From Eledone cirrhosa (Eukaryota): a stretch of DNA of 64,000 nt. Position numbers and translations under genes: made by a program. How positions within the stretch are numbered: the first letter of the stretch is position 1; each line of letters starts with the position of its first letter. The stretch is from assembly GCA_964016885.1 (NCBI GenBank), contig OZ024755.1, positions 22,506,001 to 22,570,000 on the forward strand. The letters run 5' to 3'. Positions 39,905 to 51,526 of this stretch are shown one piece after another. The notes under the pieces are model-generated. The model did not search any database, was not told the DNA's origin, and saw only the letters and a list, made by a program, of their open reading frames with translations.

Positions 39905-40238
39905 CACATGGCTTAGTGGTTAGAGCATTGGCCTTGCAATCGAAAGGTTGTGAGTTCAATTCTCAGACCGCGTGATGTGTTGTTTCCTTGAGCAAGACAC
40001 TTTATTTCACATTGCTCCAGTTTACTCAGCTGTAGAAATGAGATGATAGGGACTGGGGTCCCTATCGTTCCACTGCAAAGTGGTTGTGGAGGTGCCATGC
40101 AAAAAAGCACCCAGCACTCACTGTAAATGAGTTTGGTGTTAGGAAGGGCATCCAGCTGTAGAAATCAAGCCAGAATCAGTTCCCGTCCCACCCTTGCAAG
40201 CAGGGAAAAGTGGACGTAAAAGGAAATGATGAAATGAT
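39905..40238 (+). mobile_element. full-length CORE-type SINE with RTE-derived tail
   Basis: tRNA head (ggcttagtggttagagc...gagttcaattc), CORE-like ccttgagcaagacactttatttcacattgctccagtttactcagctgtagaaatgag, tail ccgtcccacccttgcaagcagggaaaag. Confidence 0.88.
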
Positions 40239-41974
40239 ACATACATAGAGTAATGCTGGATACATGATTCATGAAAAAAAAAACGACTGAATGATCATGG
40301 TTGGAATGGATTTAATTATTTGTCTCCTTAACCAGAGTACATCTGAGGCCTGGTAGTCAGTAGAGACTAGGACAAAATATACTGTGTTATTTCTTCTGGC
40401 TCTTTGTCTTCTAACTTTGAATCTGTAGCAAGCAATGGCACTACTTTATTGCGGTGGAATAATTGGGTCATGCTTGGTCAGTTGCCAGGCCTTCAAGTCA
40501 GTGGCGTAAGGATACCAAGCGCAATTTCTGCCCAGCAGGCGAATTCACGCCTAAATATCTATTCAGTTCAGTTGCATTGCAGGTTTTGTCCTGAGAGGAC
40601 TAATGCAACTCCTTACTGATTCTTATGCAGCCTACTTCATGGTGAAACTATGTGTTAATTTGTTTTAAAGAGAATAAACCATTATTACAAGTTTAAATAT
40701 GCATTCAGATTCTTTCATCAACTATGGAACTTATTACTAAACGTAAAAACGCAGCCTACCAGTTTATATCATACTTAAGGATATCCTATCTATCATCAAT
40801 AGAGAATGCAGCACCACGGACTATACCACCAAATATCTTCTTTTCATATACTTTATGCCACCACCAATAAATACACTCAACACTCAAATGTCTACTAGCT
40901 AAAAATCCCTTCAAGGGTCAACTTTACCTCAGAGTCAATAAAATAAAATACCATTTCAGGGCAATGGACTGGGGGAATTGTTGGGGTGTTAGATGAGATG
41001 CCCCTTGCAGGGTTTGTTCTGTCTCTTTGCTTTCTGAGTTCTAATCCAACTGTCACCCAGTTTAACACCCCATGGCTCTTGGATGCCTTTAGCAAAAGCC
41101 ACTCTGTTGCAAGCATTCAGACCAGCTTTCCCGAATTAAGGATACTTTTTCTGCCACCAGTCTTGGAGGCCCTAAAAAGGTTCATAGAAGACATTAGTCT
41201 ACCCTTCTTGACTAAGCAGTGGGTAAAAAGCCAAATAAATTACAGTTTAGGTAAGAAAGATGAAGATGAAAAACAAAAGAGAAAGTATGTTAGTGTTAGC
41301 AGCCGTAGGTATGGTGGGGTGTGGTAGTGAAGGGTGGGTGAGGTTGTAGACCATTGAAATGAAAGATACTATCAGGAAGTAGAATAAAGTAGAGGGAGGC
41401 AACTAGGTTGATCCCTCTGACTCCGGCTAACTCACTATTAACGACAGATGCCACAACGATGATCTTTGCAGTGTACGTGAATGTAAGCACGTAAGATATG
41501 TCTGTCTATATATACTTCCTTTTCTTCTACCCTGCATCCTGCGCTCTCTCTATCTCTCTTTCACTCTCTCTATGTCTATCTATCTATCTATCTTTCTTTA
41601 TCCTTCTCACTCTATTTCTAGTTATCTGATACTATCTCTACCCCTCTCTCCCTCTCTCTCTCTCTCCCTCCCTCTCTCTCTCCCGCCCTCCCTCTCTCTC
41701 TCTCTGTATTTCTATCTATCTCTCAACCTTTATCTCTTACATTCTCTTTCTTTATTTCTACTTATCTAATTCTCTAGCGCTCTCTTCCTCTTTCTCTCAC
41801 CTCCATCTCCCAAGGCCCCACCCCACCCTCATTTTATCCCCCACCCCACCCCCACTGGCCGCTCTCCCACCCTTCTTTCATTCACTTACAACTTCATTTA
41901 ATTCATTATTTCGTGAAATTCTTCTCACAAGTTATGCAATATTTATGATCGGTAGCAACGACCAGTAGAACATG

Positions 41975-44900
41975 TAGTTGTTGTGGTGGTGGTGGTTGTA
42001 GTAGTGGTGGTGATGGTGGTGGTGGTGGTGGTTGTGGTGGTGATGGTTGTGGTGGTGATGGTTGTGGTGGTGATGGTTGTTGTAGTGGTGATGGTTGTGG
42101 TGGTGATGGTTGTTGTAGTGGTGATGGTTGTTGTAGTGGTGATGGTTGTGGTGGTGATGGTTGTTGTAGTGGTGATGGTTGTGGTGGTGGTGGTGATGGT
42201 TGTTGTAGTGGTGATGGTTGTGGTGGTGGTGATGGTTGTGGTGGTGATGGTTGTTGTAGTGGTGGTGGTGGTGGTGATGGTTGTGGTGGTGATGGTTGTT
42301 GTGGTGATGGTTGTGGTGGTGATGGTGGTGATGGTTGTGGTGGTGATGGCTGTGGTGGTGATGGTTGTGGTGGTGATGGCTGTGGTGGTGATGGTTGTGG
42401 TGGTGATGGTTGTGGTGGTGATGGTTGTGGTGCTTGTGGTGGTGATGGTTGTGGTGGTGATGGTTGTGGTGGTGAGGGTTGTGGTGGTGATGGTTGTGGT
42501 GGTGATGGTTGTGGTGGTGATGGTTGTTGTAGTGGTGATGGTTGTGGTGGTGGTGGTGATGGTTGTTGTAGTGGTGATGGTTGTGGTGGTGGTGATGGTT
42601 GTGGTGGTGATGGTTGTTGTAGTGGTGATGGTTATGGTGGTGGTGATGGTTGTGGTGGTGATGGTTGTTGTGGTGATGGTTGTGGTGGTGATGGTTGTGG
42701 TGGTGATGGTTGTGGTGGTGATGGCTGTGGTGGTGATGGTTGTGGTGGTGATGGCTGTGGTGGTGATGGTTGTGGTGGTGATGGTTGTGGTGGTGATGGT
42801 TGTGGTGGTGGTGGTGGTGATGGTTGTGGTGGTGATGGTTGTTGTGGTGGTGGTGGTTGTGGTGGTGTTGGTTGTGGTGGTGATGGTTGTGGTGGTGTTG
42901 GTTGTGGTGGTGATGGTTGTAGTGGTGATGGTTGTGGTGGTGGTGGTTGTAGTAGTGGTGGTGATGGTTGTGGTGGTGTTGGTTGTGGTGGTGGTGATGG
43001 TTGTGGTGGTGATGGTTGTGGTGGTGTTGGTTGTGGTGGTGGTGATGGTTGTGGTGGTGATGGTTGTGGTGGTGATGGTTGTGGTGGTGATGGTTGTGGT
43101 GGTGATGGTTGTGGTGGTGATGGCTGTGGTGGTGAGGGTTGTGGTGGTGATGGTTGTGGTGGTGATGGTTGTGGTGGTGAGGGTTGTGGTGGTGATGGTT
43201 GTGGTGGTGATGGTTGTGGTGGTGATGGTTGTGGTGGTGGTGGTTGTAGTAGTGGTGGTGATGGTTGTGGTGGTGTTGGTTGTGGTGGTGGTGATGGTTG
43301 TGGTGGTGATGGTTGTGGTGGTGATGGTTGTGGTGGTGTTGGTTGTGGTGATGGTGATGGTTGTGGTGGTGATGGTTGTGGTGGTGATGGTTGTGGTGGT
43401 GATGGTTGTGGTGGTGATGGTTGTGGTGGTGATGGCTGTGGTGGTGAGGGTTGTGGTAGTGATGGTTGTGGTGGTGATGGTTGTGGTGGTGAGGGTTGTG
43501 GTGGTGATGGTTGTGGTGGTGATGGTGGTGGTGGTGGTGGTGGTGATGGTTGTGGTGGTGATGGTTGTTGTGGTGGTGATGGTTGTGGTGGTGATGGTTG
43601 TGGTGGTGATGGTTGTGGTGGTGATGGTTGTGGTGGTGATGGTTGTTGTGGTGGTGATGGTTGTTGTGGTGGTGATGGTTGTGGTGGTGATGGTTGTGGT
43701 GGTGATGGTTGTAGTGGTGATGGTTGTGGTGGTGATGGTTGTAGTGGTGATGGTTGTGGTGGTGATGGTTGTGGTGGTGATGGTTGTGGTGGTGAGGGTT
43801 GTGGTGGTGATGGTTGTGGTGGTGTTGGTTGTAGTGGTGATGGTTGTGGTGGTGATGGTTGTGGTGGTGATGGTTGTGGTGGTGATGGTTGTAGTTGTGA
43901 TTGTTATAGTTGTGATGGTTGTGGTTGTAATGGTGGTGATGGTTGTGGTGGTGTTGGTTGTAGTGGTGATGGTTGTGGTTGTTATGGTTGTAGTTGTGAT
44001 GGTTATAGTTGTTGTGGTTGTAATGGTTGTGATGGTTGTGGTGGTGATCGTTGTGGTTGTAATGGTTGTGGTTGTGATGGTTGTTATGGTTGTGATGGTT
44101 GTTATGGTTGTGATGGTTGAGGTGTTGATGGTTGTTGTGGATGTGATGGTTGTAGTTGTGATGGTTGTGGTGGTGATGGTTGTGGTTGTAATGGTTGTGG
44201 TGGTGATGGTTGTGGATGTGATGGTTGTAGTTGTGATGGTTGTGGTGGTGATGGTTGTGGTTGTAATGGTTGTGGTGTTGATGGTTGTGATGGTTGTGGT
44301 GGTGATGGTTGTGGATGTGATGGTTGTGGTTGTGGTTGTGATGGTTGTGGTTGTTATGGTTGTAGTTGTGATGGTTATAGTTGTGATGGTTGTAGTTGTG
44401 ATGGTTGTAGTTGTGATGGTTGTGGTTGTGATGGTTGTGGTTGTGATGGTTGTAGTTGTTGTGCTTGTGATGGTTGTAGTTGTGATGGTTGTGGTTGTGA
44501 TGGTTGTGGTTGTTATGGTTGTAGTTGTGATGGTTATAGTTGTGATGGTTATAGTTGTGATGGTTGTAGTTGTGATGGTTGTGGTTGTGATGGTTGTGGT
44601 TGTTATGGTTGTAGTTGTGATGGTTATAGTTGTGATGGTTATAGTTGTGATGGTTGTAGTTGTGATGGTTGTGGTTGTGATGGTTGTGGTTGTGATGGTT
44701 GTGGTTGTAATGGTTGTAGTTGTTGTGCTTGTGATGGTTGTAGTTGTGATGGTTGTGGTTGTGATGGTTGTGGTTGTTGTGGTTGTGATGGTTGTGATTG
44801 TAATGGTGGTGATGGTAGTTGTGGTGATGGTTGTTGTTTGTGGTTGTGATGGTTGTGGTGGTGATGGTTGTTGTTTGTGGTTGTGGTTGTAGTTGTGATG

Positions 44901-45110
44901 GTTGTGATTGTAATGTTAGTGGTGGTGAAGGTTGTGGTTGTGATGGTTGTGATTGTAATGGTTGTAGTTGTGATGGTTATAGTTGTGATGGTTGTGGTTG
45001 TAGTTGTTGTGGTTGTAATGGTTGTAGTTGTGATGGTAGTGGTGGTGATGGTTGTGGTTGTAATGGTTCTGTTTGTTGTCTGTGGTTGTGATGATGGTTG
45101 TGGTTGTGGT
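41975..45110. repeat. 3.1 kb GT-rich triplet-phased minisatellite, core (GTGGTGATGGTTGTG)n
   Basis: Built from GGT/GAT/TGT/AGT triplets; produces the 969 aa poly-Val/Met ORF. Confidence 0.95.
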
Positions 45111-46294
45111 CTTAAATTTCTTCTCCTTCAATTTTCAATTTCTTCTTCCTTATCTTCTTCATTCTTCTTCCTCTCCTTCTTCTTTCTTTTCCGTTCTTTC
45201 TTCTTCAGTCCTCTTCTTCCTTCTCTCTTTTCCATTCATTCTTCTTCTTCAGTCTTCTTTCTTCATCAGACTTCTTTTTCAGTCTTCTTTCTTCTCTCTT
45301 ATTCATTCTTTCATTCTTCTATTTCACAACTTGACCTCTTCATCTCAAAGAATCAGACAAACCTAAACATAACAAAATAAACATATCAGAACACATAACA
45401 ACATAGACATAAGAAGACATAGTAAGAACACAACACATAGTAAGAACACATTAGAAGGAGACATAAACATAAGAAGGAGACATTGTAAGAAGGAGACATA
45501 AGCGTCAACTCACCAATGAGATTTGAACTTGCTCTCTCTCTCTCTCTCTCAGATAATTACATCATATCATACTGGTTATGTTGACATTTATAACCTCCTT
45601 ACATACTATTATACAACACCATCTCTCTCTCTTTTCCCCCCTCTCTCTCTCTCTCTTCCTCTCTCTCCGTCTCTCTCTCTCTCTCTCTCTGTTGTAATAT
45701 TAAATTTCTTAATTTCACGCAAAATTAACAATGCCACTCCACACTCCACTCTCCACACTCCACTCCACACACTCCACTCCACACACTCCACTCTCCACAC
45801 TCTACACTCCACACACTCAACACGCAACACTCAACACTCAACATCCAAAATGCATTTTGTTTTTGTTTTTGTCACTGTTTTGTGTCAACTGTTGAAAAGA
45901 GTATTTGTATTTATGTCTGTGTCTGTGTGTGTGTGTCAGTGTGTATCTGTGTGTCTGTTTGTCACTGTGTGTATCTGTGTGTATGTCTACCTGTGTGTGT
46001 GTGTGTGTGTGTGTGTCTATAGGCAGTGAAGTGGCACAGACATTAGAACATTGGATAGAATCAGAATACTTGGCAATATGTATTCCAACTTTCTCTAACT
46101 CTCACTTCAATTCCTGCTGAGATCAACTTTGTCTTTCATCCTTTTGTGGTTGATAAATAAAGTACCAGTCTACTACTGGGGACGAATTTCCTCCTTTGTA
46201 GCTCTTTCTCATCTCTCTCTCTCTCTCTCTCTGTGTGACAAAGGGAGAAAGAAAGAAAGAAAGATTGGATGAATGAAGGAAAGGTAGAGGGGAA

Positions 46295-46660
46295 GTTTGT
46301 ATGAGAGAGAAAGAAGGAGGAATCTGTGTGAGTGTGTTTATGAGAGAGAGAAAGGAAGAGTGTATGTGTTTATGAGAGAGAGAAAAGAAGAGTGTGTGTG
46401 TTTATGAGAGAGAGAAAGGAAGAGTGTATGTGTTTATGAGCGAGAGAAAGGAAGAGTGTGTATGTGTTTATGAGAGAGAGAAAGGAAGAGTGTATGTGCT
46501 TATGAGAGAGAGAAAGGAAGAGTGTGTGTGTGTTTATGAGAGAGAGAAAGCAAGAGTGTGTGTGTGTTTATGAGAGAGAGAAAGGAAGAGTGTGTGTGTG
46601 TGTTTATGAGAGAGAGAGAAAGGAAGAGTAAGTGAGTGAGTTTATGAGAGAGAGAGAGGT
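46295..46660. repeat. ~32 bp compound GA/TG minisatellite
   Basis: tttatgagagagagaaaggaagagtgtgtgtg repeated ~10 times. Confidence 0.88.
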
Positions 46661-47092
46661 GTGTATGTATACTTCTGGTCATCTTAGATTTATAATCACA
46701 GAACATATATAAACAACATAACTTGTAGCTAATGTTTAATAGGGTCTCTGTACTATAAGGCACAGAAAGGGTTAAGTAATGATAGCCTCTACACAGCCCC
46801 GGCAGACGGTTCGTGAAAGAAAAAGAGAAAGGAGAGGGAGAACGTGCTTGAGTTTGAGTCTTATCATTTAAAAGTAAAGGAAGCGTTGGTAGAGATGTTG
46901 TGTTCCTTGATGCAACCAGTGGACCTGTGGATCTGTGGATCTGTTGGTATAATATACTTCTGAACTCTATATATTGGCAGGTACATATATACCTGAACAC
47001 ATTCTTACACTCACTCACACTCACGCATGCATATTTTCACACACACACACACATTCAGAAATATCTATATATATATATATACTAATATATTA

Positions 47093-47284
47093 ATTGTTTC
47101 TACTTTTGGCACAAGGCCAGCTATTACCCCAGTGTATTACCGGTACTTTATTTTATCGACCCCGTAAGGATGAAAGGCAAAGTTAACCTCGGCAGGATTT
47201 GAACTCAGAATGGCAAGGGCCGTAACTCAATGCCTCAAAGCATGGCGTCTGACCCTCTACCGATACTGCCAATCCACCGCCCTC
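47093..47284 (-). mobile_element. Meta-type SINE (left end of palindrome)
   Basis: Full-length consensus, ggcccttgccattctgag subfamily. Confidence 0.9.
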
Positions 47285-47516
47285 ATATATTAATAAATGG
47301 AAACTATATTTATAAAACCATAAATATTTTATTATATATATTTCAAGAGCAACCAAGCCAAGCCAAGCCAAGCTTGGTGCGCTTTCGTCAGATAAAATAC
47401 AAAATTTGTTTTATAAATAGTGACATAACCATGGAAAACAACCTTGACGGTTGAAAATTCGCTGGATAGTCAGGTTGTTTTCCATGGTTATGTCACTATT
47501 TATAAAACAAATTTTG

Positions 47517-47580
47517 TATTTTATCTGATGAAAGTGCACCAAGATTGGCTTGGTTGCTCTTGAAATATATATAATAAAAT
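47517..47580 (+). ncRNA. minimal type I hammerhead ribozyme (mirror copy with CUGACGA on - strand ~47325-47399)
   Basis: AUUUUAU-CUGAUGA (47525)-AAGUGCACCAAG auugg CUUGGUUGCUCUU-GAAA (47562)-UAUA-UA-uaAUAAAAU. Confidence 0.8.
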
Positions 47581-47622
47581 AATTATGGTTTTATAAATAT
47601 AGTTTCCATTTATTAATATATA

Positions 47623-47810
47623 AGGGCGGTGGATTGGCAGTATTGGTAGAGGGTCGGACGCCATGCTTTCCAGCATAGTTATGTCCCTTTACGATCTGAG
47701 TTCAAATCCCGCCGAGGTTGACTTTGCCTTTCATCCTTACGGGGTCGATAAAATAAAGTACCAGTAATGCACTGGGTAATTGCTGGCCTTGTGCCTAAAG
47801 TAGAAACAAT
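47623..47810 (+). mobile_element. Meta-type SINE (right end of palindrome)
   Basis: Full-length consensus, ccctttacgatctgag subfamily; TSD taatatat. Confidence 0.9.
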
Positions 47811-47908
47811 TAATATATTGAATATTTACTCCAGTAAGCTGTTGAGTGCTCTATTTCAGTTATAAACATTTATGTCTGTTGGAATCCCAACAAATTAAAT
47901 ATAACTTC

Positions 47909-47949
<41 letters not shown>

Positions 47950-48041
47950 CTGAATGTGTGTGTGCGTCTAAACCCATGCTAGCATGGAAGATAGATGTTA
48001 AACGATGATGATGATGATGATGATGATGATATATATATATA

Positions 48042-48308
48042 TCCCGGGTTCAATCGGGAGTAACCACTGTAAGTAAGGTACTCAATACATAGCAGAGTAT
48101 AAATATTTAATATAGAAATGTCTTCTACAGGACTAGAACTGTTTCATTCGGGAGAAATCATATATATTTTTATATATCAGATATATTTCATATATATTTA
48201 TTTATTCATTTATTCATTCTGTTATAGAAATGACTCCTATACAGGATTAGAACTGTTTCATTCATAAGAACTCGTCATCATGATTTCTTACGAATGAAAC
48301 TGTTATAT
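48042..48308 (-). mobile_element. two truncated copies of a hammerhead-bearing Penelope-like family
   Basis: Minus strand: AUGA-UUUC-UCCC-GAAU-GAAA-CAGUUCUA-GUC-CUGUAG plus a tail homologous to 61237-61424. Confidence 0.7.
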
Positions 48309-48528
48309 AATGGTTTCTTATATAGGCACAAGGCCAGCAATTTGGGAGGAGGGGAAAGTCAATTAAATCTACCCCAGTGCATGACAGATACTTTATTTCA
48401 TCGACCCCGTAAGGATGAAAGGCAAAGTTAACCTCGGCAGGATTTGAACTCAGACCATAAAGGGCCGTAACTCTATGCTGTAAAGCATGGCGTCCAACCC
48501 TCACCCGATACTGACAATCCACCGCCCT
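48309..48528 (-). mobile_element. Meta-type SINE, long-tail variant
   Basis: Consensus match. Confidence 0.88.
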
Positions 48529-48689
48529 CGTATATATAATGAAAATTATTGTGCACAGAGTTCAGGTGCACTACAACTCATCAAAAGTGCATGTATAGTA
48601 CATAGGATAATGTACTATAATCAGGAAAGTGAACAGTGTATGATTTATGATACATACACACACACACACATGCACACACACACACACCA

Positions 48690-48803
48690 CATGCGTGACC
48701 TATAGCAGTCATTTCTAAAATAAAATAAATATACCTATACTCTACTAATGTACTGAGTACCTCTTTTAACTGTGGGCACCGCTTGATACACATCATGAAT
48801 CCA

Positions 48804-48808
<5 letters not shown>
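48690..48808 (+). mobile_element. 3' end/tail fragment of a related Penelope-like family
   Basis: ctatagcagtcatttcta...tactctactaatgtactgagtacc...ctgtgg is homologous to the reverse of 48042-48130; ends at (TA)n. Confidence 0.55.
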
Positions 48809-48841
<33 letters not shown>

Positions 48842-48844
<3 letters not shown>

Positions 48845-49298
48845 TCATTTTACATCCACTTTTCCCTGCTTGCAAGTGTGGGACAGGTCCTATTCAGCTC
48901 AGCATCACTCCATTCATCACGGTCCTTCGTCATCTCCTCTGTGAGCTTCAGAGATCTGAGGTCAGCTCTCACCACCTCCGCTCGTGATTTTCGTGGTCTT
49001 CATCTACTGCGTCTTCCTTCCACTGGGATTTCTTGGCACTTCTTTACCCAGCGGTCATCCTCCATGCACATCACATGTCCATACCATCGCAGTCTTCTCT
49101 CCCGCACACTACAGCCTATCCCTCTTATACATGGCTTCTCTCTCAACACGCCTATGCTTGGTCGTTCAAGCACATTGACATTGCACATCCAACAGAGCAT
49201 GCTTGCTTCATTTCTCTCCAGCCGTCGCATATCCTCCGCAGTTGCTGCCCATGTCTCACTACCATGCAGCATCGTGCATCTCACACAGGCATCATATG
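48842..49298 (-). pseudogene. RTE-clade LINE 3' fragment
   Basis: MLHGSETW...RLERNEASML.WMC...RRLRWYGHV; same family as 38411-38784, with disablements. Confidence 0.92.
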
Positions 49299-50329
49299 TA
49301 CGTGTGTATACATTTGTGTGCGTAATCTACATCCAAACACATACATACGCACATATCATCATCATTCGATGTCCATTTTCCTTGCTAGCAAAGGTTGGAC
49401 CAGTTGTCACAGACTAAATCAGTATTTAATTGGAGCTACTGACCTCTCAAATGGGCCAGGGACTTGCATCTTGCTTACATACACTCACACATTCTACCGA
49501 GTGCACTGGGTACATTCTATCATGATATTCTCCCAGACAGACAGGGTGCTCTCATCTTGCTTACATATATTTTCACTTTCTTCTGTGTGAACTAGATGTA
49601 TTTTGTCATAAGGAGATGGCTGTGTTTTTCACACAGCTGTGATCCACCTAACCATTTGTTTGCCAGAGGTTCTCTGGTTGGATGTCCTTCCTATCACCAG
49701 CCACTTTACAGAATCTACTTGGTGCATTTATCATGTCAATCACCAACACTGAGAATTTGTTGTACTCCTGACACAAGTGAAGAATCTTTTTGACTCTCTT
49801 TTGGCCTCTTGACCCTTTTGGGGCATAAGTCCCAGCCACTGAGATTTCTCTGTATTTTTTATACCCCTATGTTCTTCCATATGCACCACATGTTTATACC
49901 GTAGCTGTATTCAGGCCTAGAAAGGTCTATCCCAGATTTTAAAAAGTGCCCTAGAAATGCTGTATGTCAATATGGCCACACTACACACCCTTGGGTGTTA
50001 CAGGACCATGCATGCACGTATGCATTAGTCCAACCATGCTGGCATGGAAAATGGATGTAAAACGATGATGATTATGATATTAGACATGTTTTTCATTCTT
50101 CCTTAATCCATTACTACAGTTGACACCTCCCACAATCTTGTTTGCTAATTTCTGGTACAAAAATAAGTCTTTTTGTTGTTTTTATAACCTTTATGAGCTT
50201 CAGAGAGTATTTAGCAGAACTGTTGTTGTTGTTTAGTCCTCGCCTATGGTCAAAGGTCCACACCTGTAGTTCAGCCCTAATTGAATAGAACTATGATCAA
50301 AAGTCCTCACCTGTAGATGCCGAAGCTGG

Positions 50330-50892
50330 CAGATTACTGCACCAGTTTTTGTAGTTCTTGCACTTAATTCAGCCTCCTGCCTTCCATCACTCGTGAACAC
50401 AGCCCTGAGATACTTGAACTTCTCTACCTGCTTCAGTGAAAATAAATTTACATGTAGAGTGCACTGCGCAGGCTTTCTTGAGAAGATGAGTGTCTCAGTG
50501 TTCACAGTACTGATTTACATTCCAGCCATGCAGCACTCGGCATCAAACCTATCAAGTGAAAGTCAGAGATCACCCTCTGTCGAGTTAAGTAACACCATGT
50601 CGTCTGCAAATTCCAGCTGACTGATTTTACACCTGCCAGTCGTGATTCCACTTCCAGCTTGACTACGCATGTCAATCCTGTTCATGTAAATAATGAACAG
50701 CAGAGGTGACAGTATGCACCCTTGGCAGAGTCTGACTTCCATATTGAATAGTTTCAATTTAGCACCATTTATCTGAATACAAATACTTGGGTATTCGTAT
50801 AGAGACATCAGGGCAGCAAGGAACTAATCATTGATCCCATGCTCCTGCAGAACCTTCCACAGCAGGTCCCGAGGGATGAGGTCATATGCCTT
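50330..50892 (-). pseudogene. RTE-clade reverse transcriptase domain fragment
   Basis: KAYD.IPR..LW.VL, QGCILSPLLF, FADD and FKYL motifs with in-frame stops. Confidence 0.9.
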
Positions 50893-50915
50893 TATATATA
50901 TATATATATATATAT

Positions 50916-51437
50916 ATTATAGAATAACAGGAGGCTGGACTGGTGTAAATTCCTTGAAAGGTTTATTATACTATGATCATTTCAATGACCGGGTTCAGTA
51001 TGAATCCGGTGACATCATCAGGTATTCAGAATATAATAAAGGAATATAATAGACAAAATCCATGGTGCTGAAAATCAGAGACAGGAGGGCGGCCGACAGA
51101 GGTAGAAGCAACTAAGTGATCGGTTGCCTTCATGTCTCTGATTTTCAGCACCATGGATTTTGTCTATTATATTCCTTTGTTATATTCTGAATACCTGATG
51201 ATGTCACCGGATTCATACTGAACCCGGTCATTGAAATGATCATAGTATAATAAACTTTTCAAGGAATTTACACCAGTCCAGCCTCCTGTTATTTTATAAT
51301 AATTAACTCCGTACTCGCACCACCAACTACACAAACGAAGACGGGTGAGTTGCATTACGCTGAGTACTCTCCATAATATTACATCGAGGTTGACCACACA
51401 GAATAACCAGTTCTATCCAGTGGTGAACCAACAAACC

Positions 51438-51440
<3 letters not shown>
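50916..51440 (+). mobile_element. fold-back Penelope-like pLTR element (181 bp arms, 23 nt loop, ~140 bp tail)
   Basis: 50916-51096 vs 51120-51300 inverted with 7 differences; a hammerhead in each arm; (TA)n on both sides. Confidence 0.82.
51191..51248 (+). ncRNA. minimal type I hammerhead ribozyme (mirror copy on - strand ~50968-51025)
   Basis: AUAC-CUGAUGA (51195)-UGucACCGGaUUCA uac UGAAcCCGGUCAuu-GAAA (51233)-UGAUCA-UA-GUAU; palindromic helix III AUGAUCAU. Confidence 0.8.
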
Positions 51441-51486
<46 letters not shown>

Positions 51487-51526
51487 AACCATGCTAGCAT
51501 GAAAAGCCTACATAAAATGATGATGA

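Larger units (their letters stand above)
47285..47912 (+). mobile_element. fold-back Penelope-like pLTR element (~155-165 bp arms, 20 nt loop, tail 47811-47912)
   Basis: 47285-47448 vs 47469-47621 inverted; a hammerhead in each arm; a SINE separates the right arm from the tail; (TA)n flanks. Confidence 0.8.

Noticed and set aside
41983-44892. 969 aa poly-Val/Met ORF as a real gene
   Set aside because: It is a by-product of a GTG/ATG/GTT minisatellite, and the product has no unique domain.
48545-48625. Possible hammerhead (minus-strand UUGAUGA plus GUGCAC stem)
   Set aside because: No GAAA or helix III in the right place; treated as short palindromes only.
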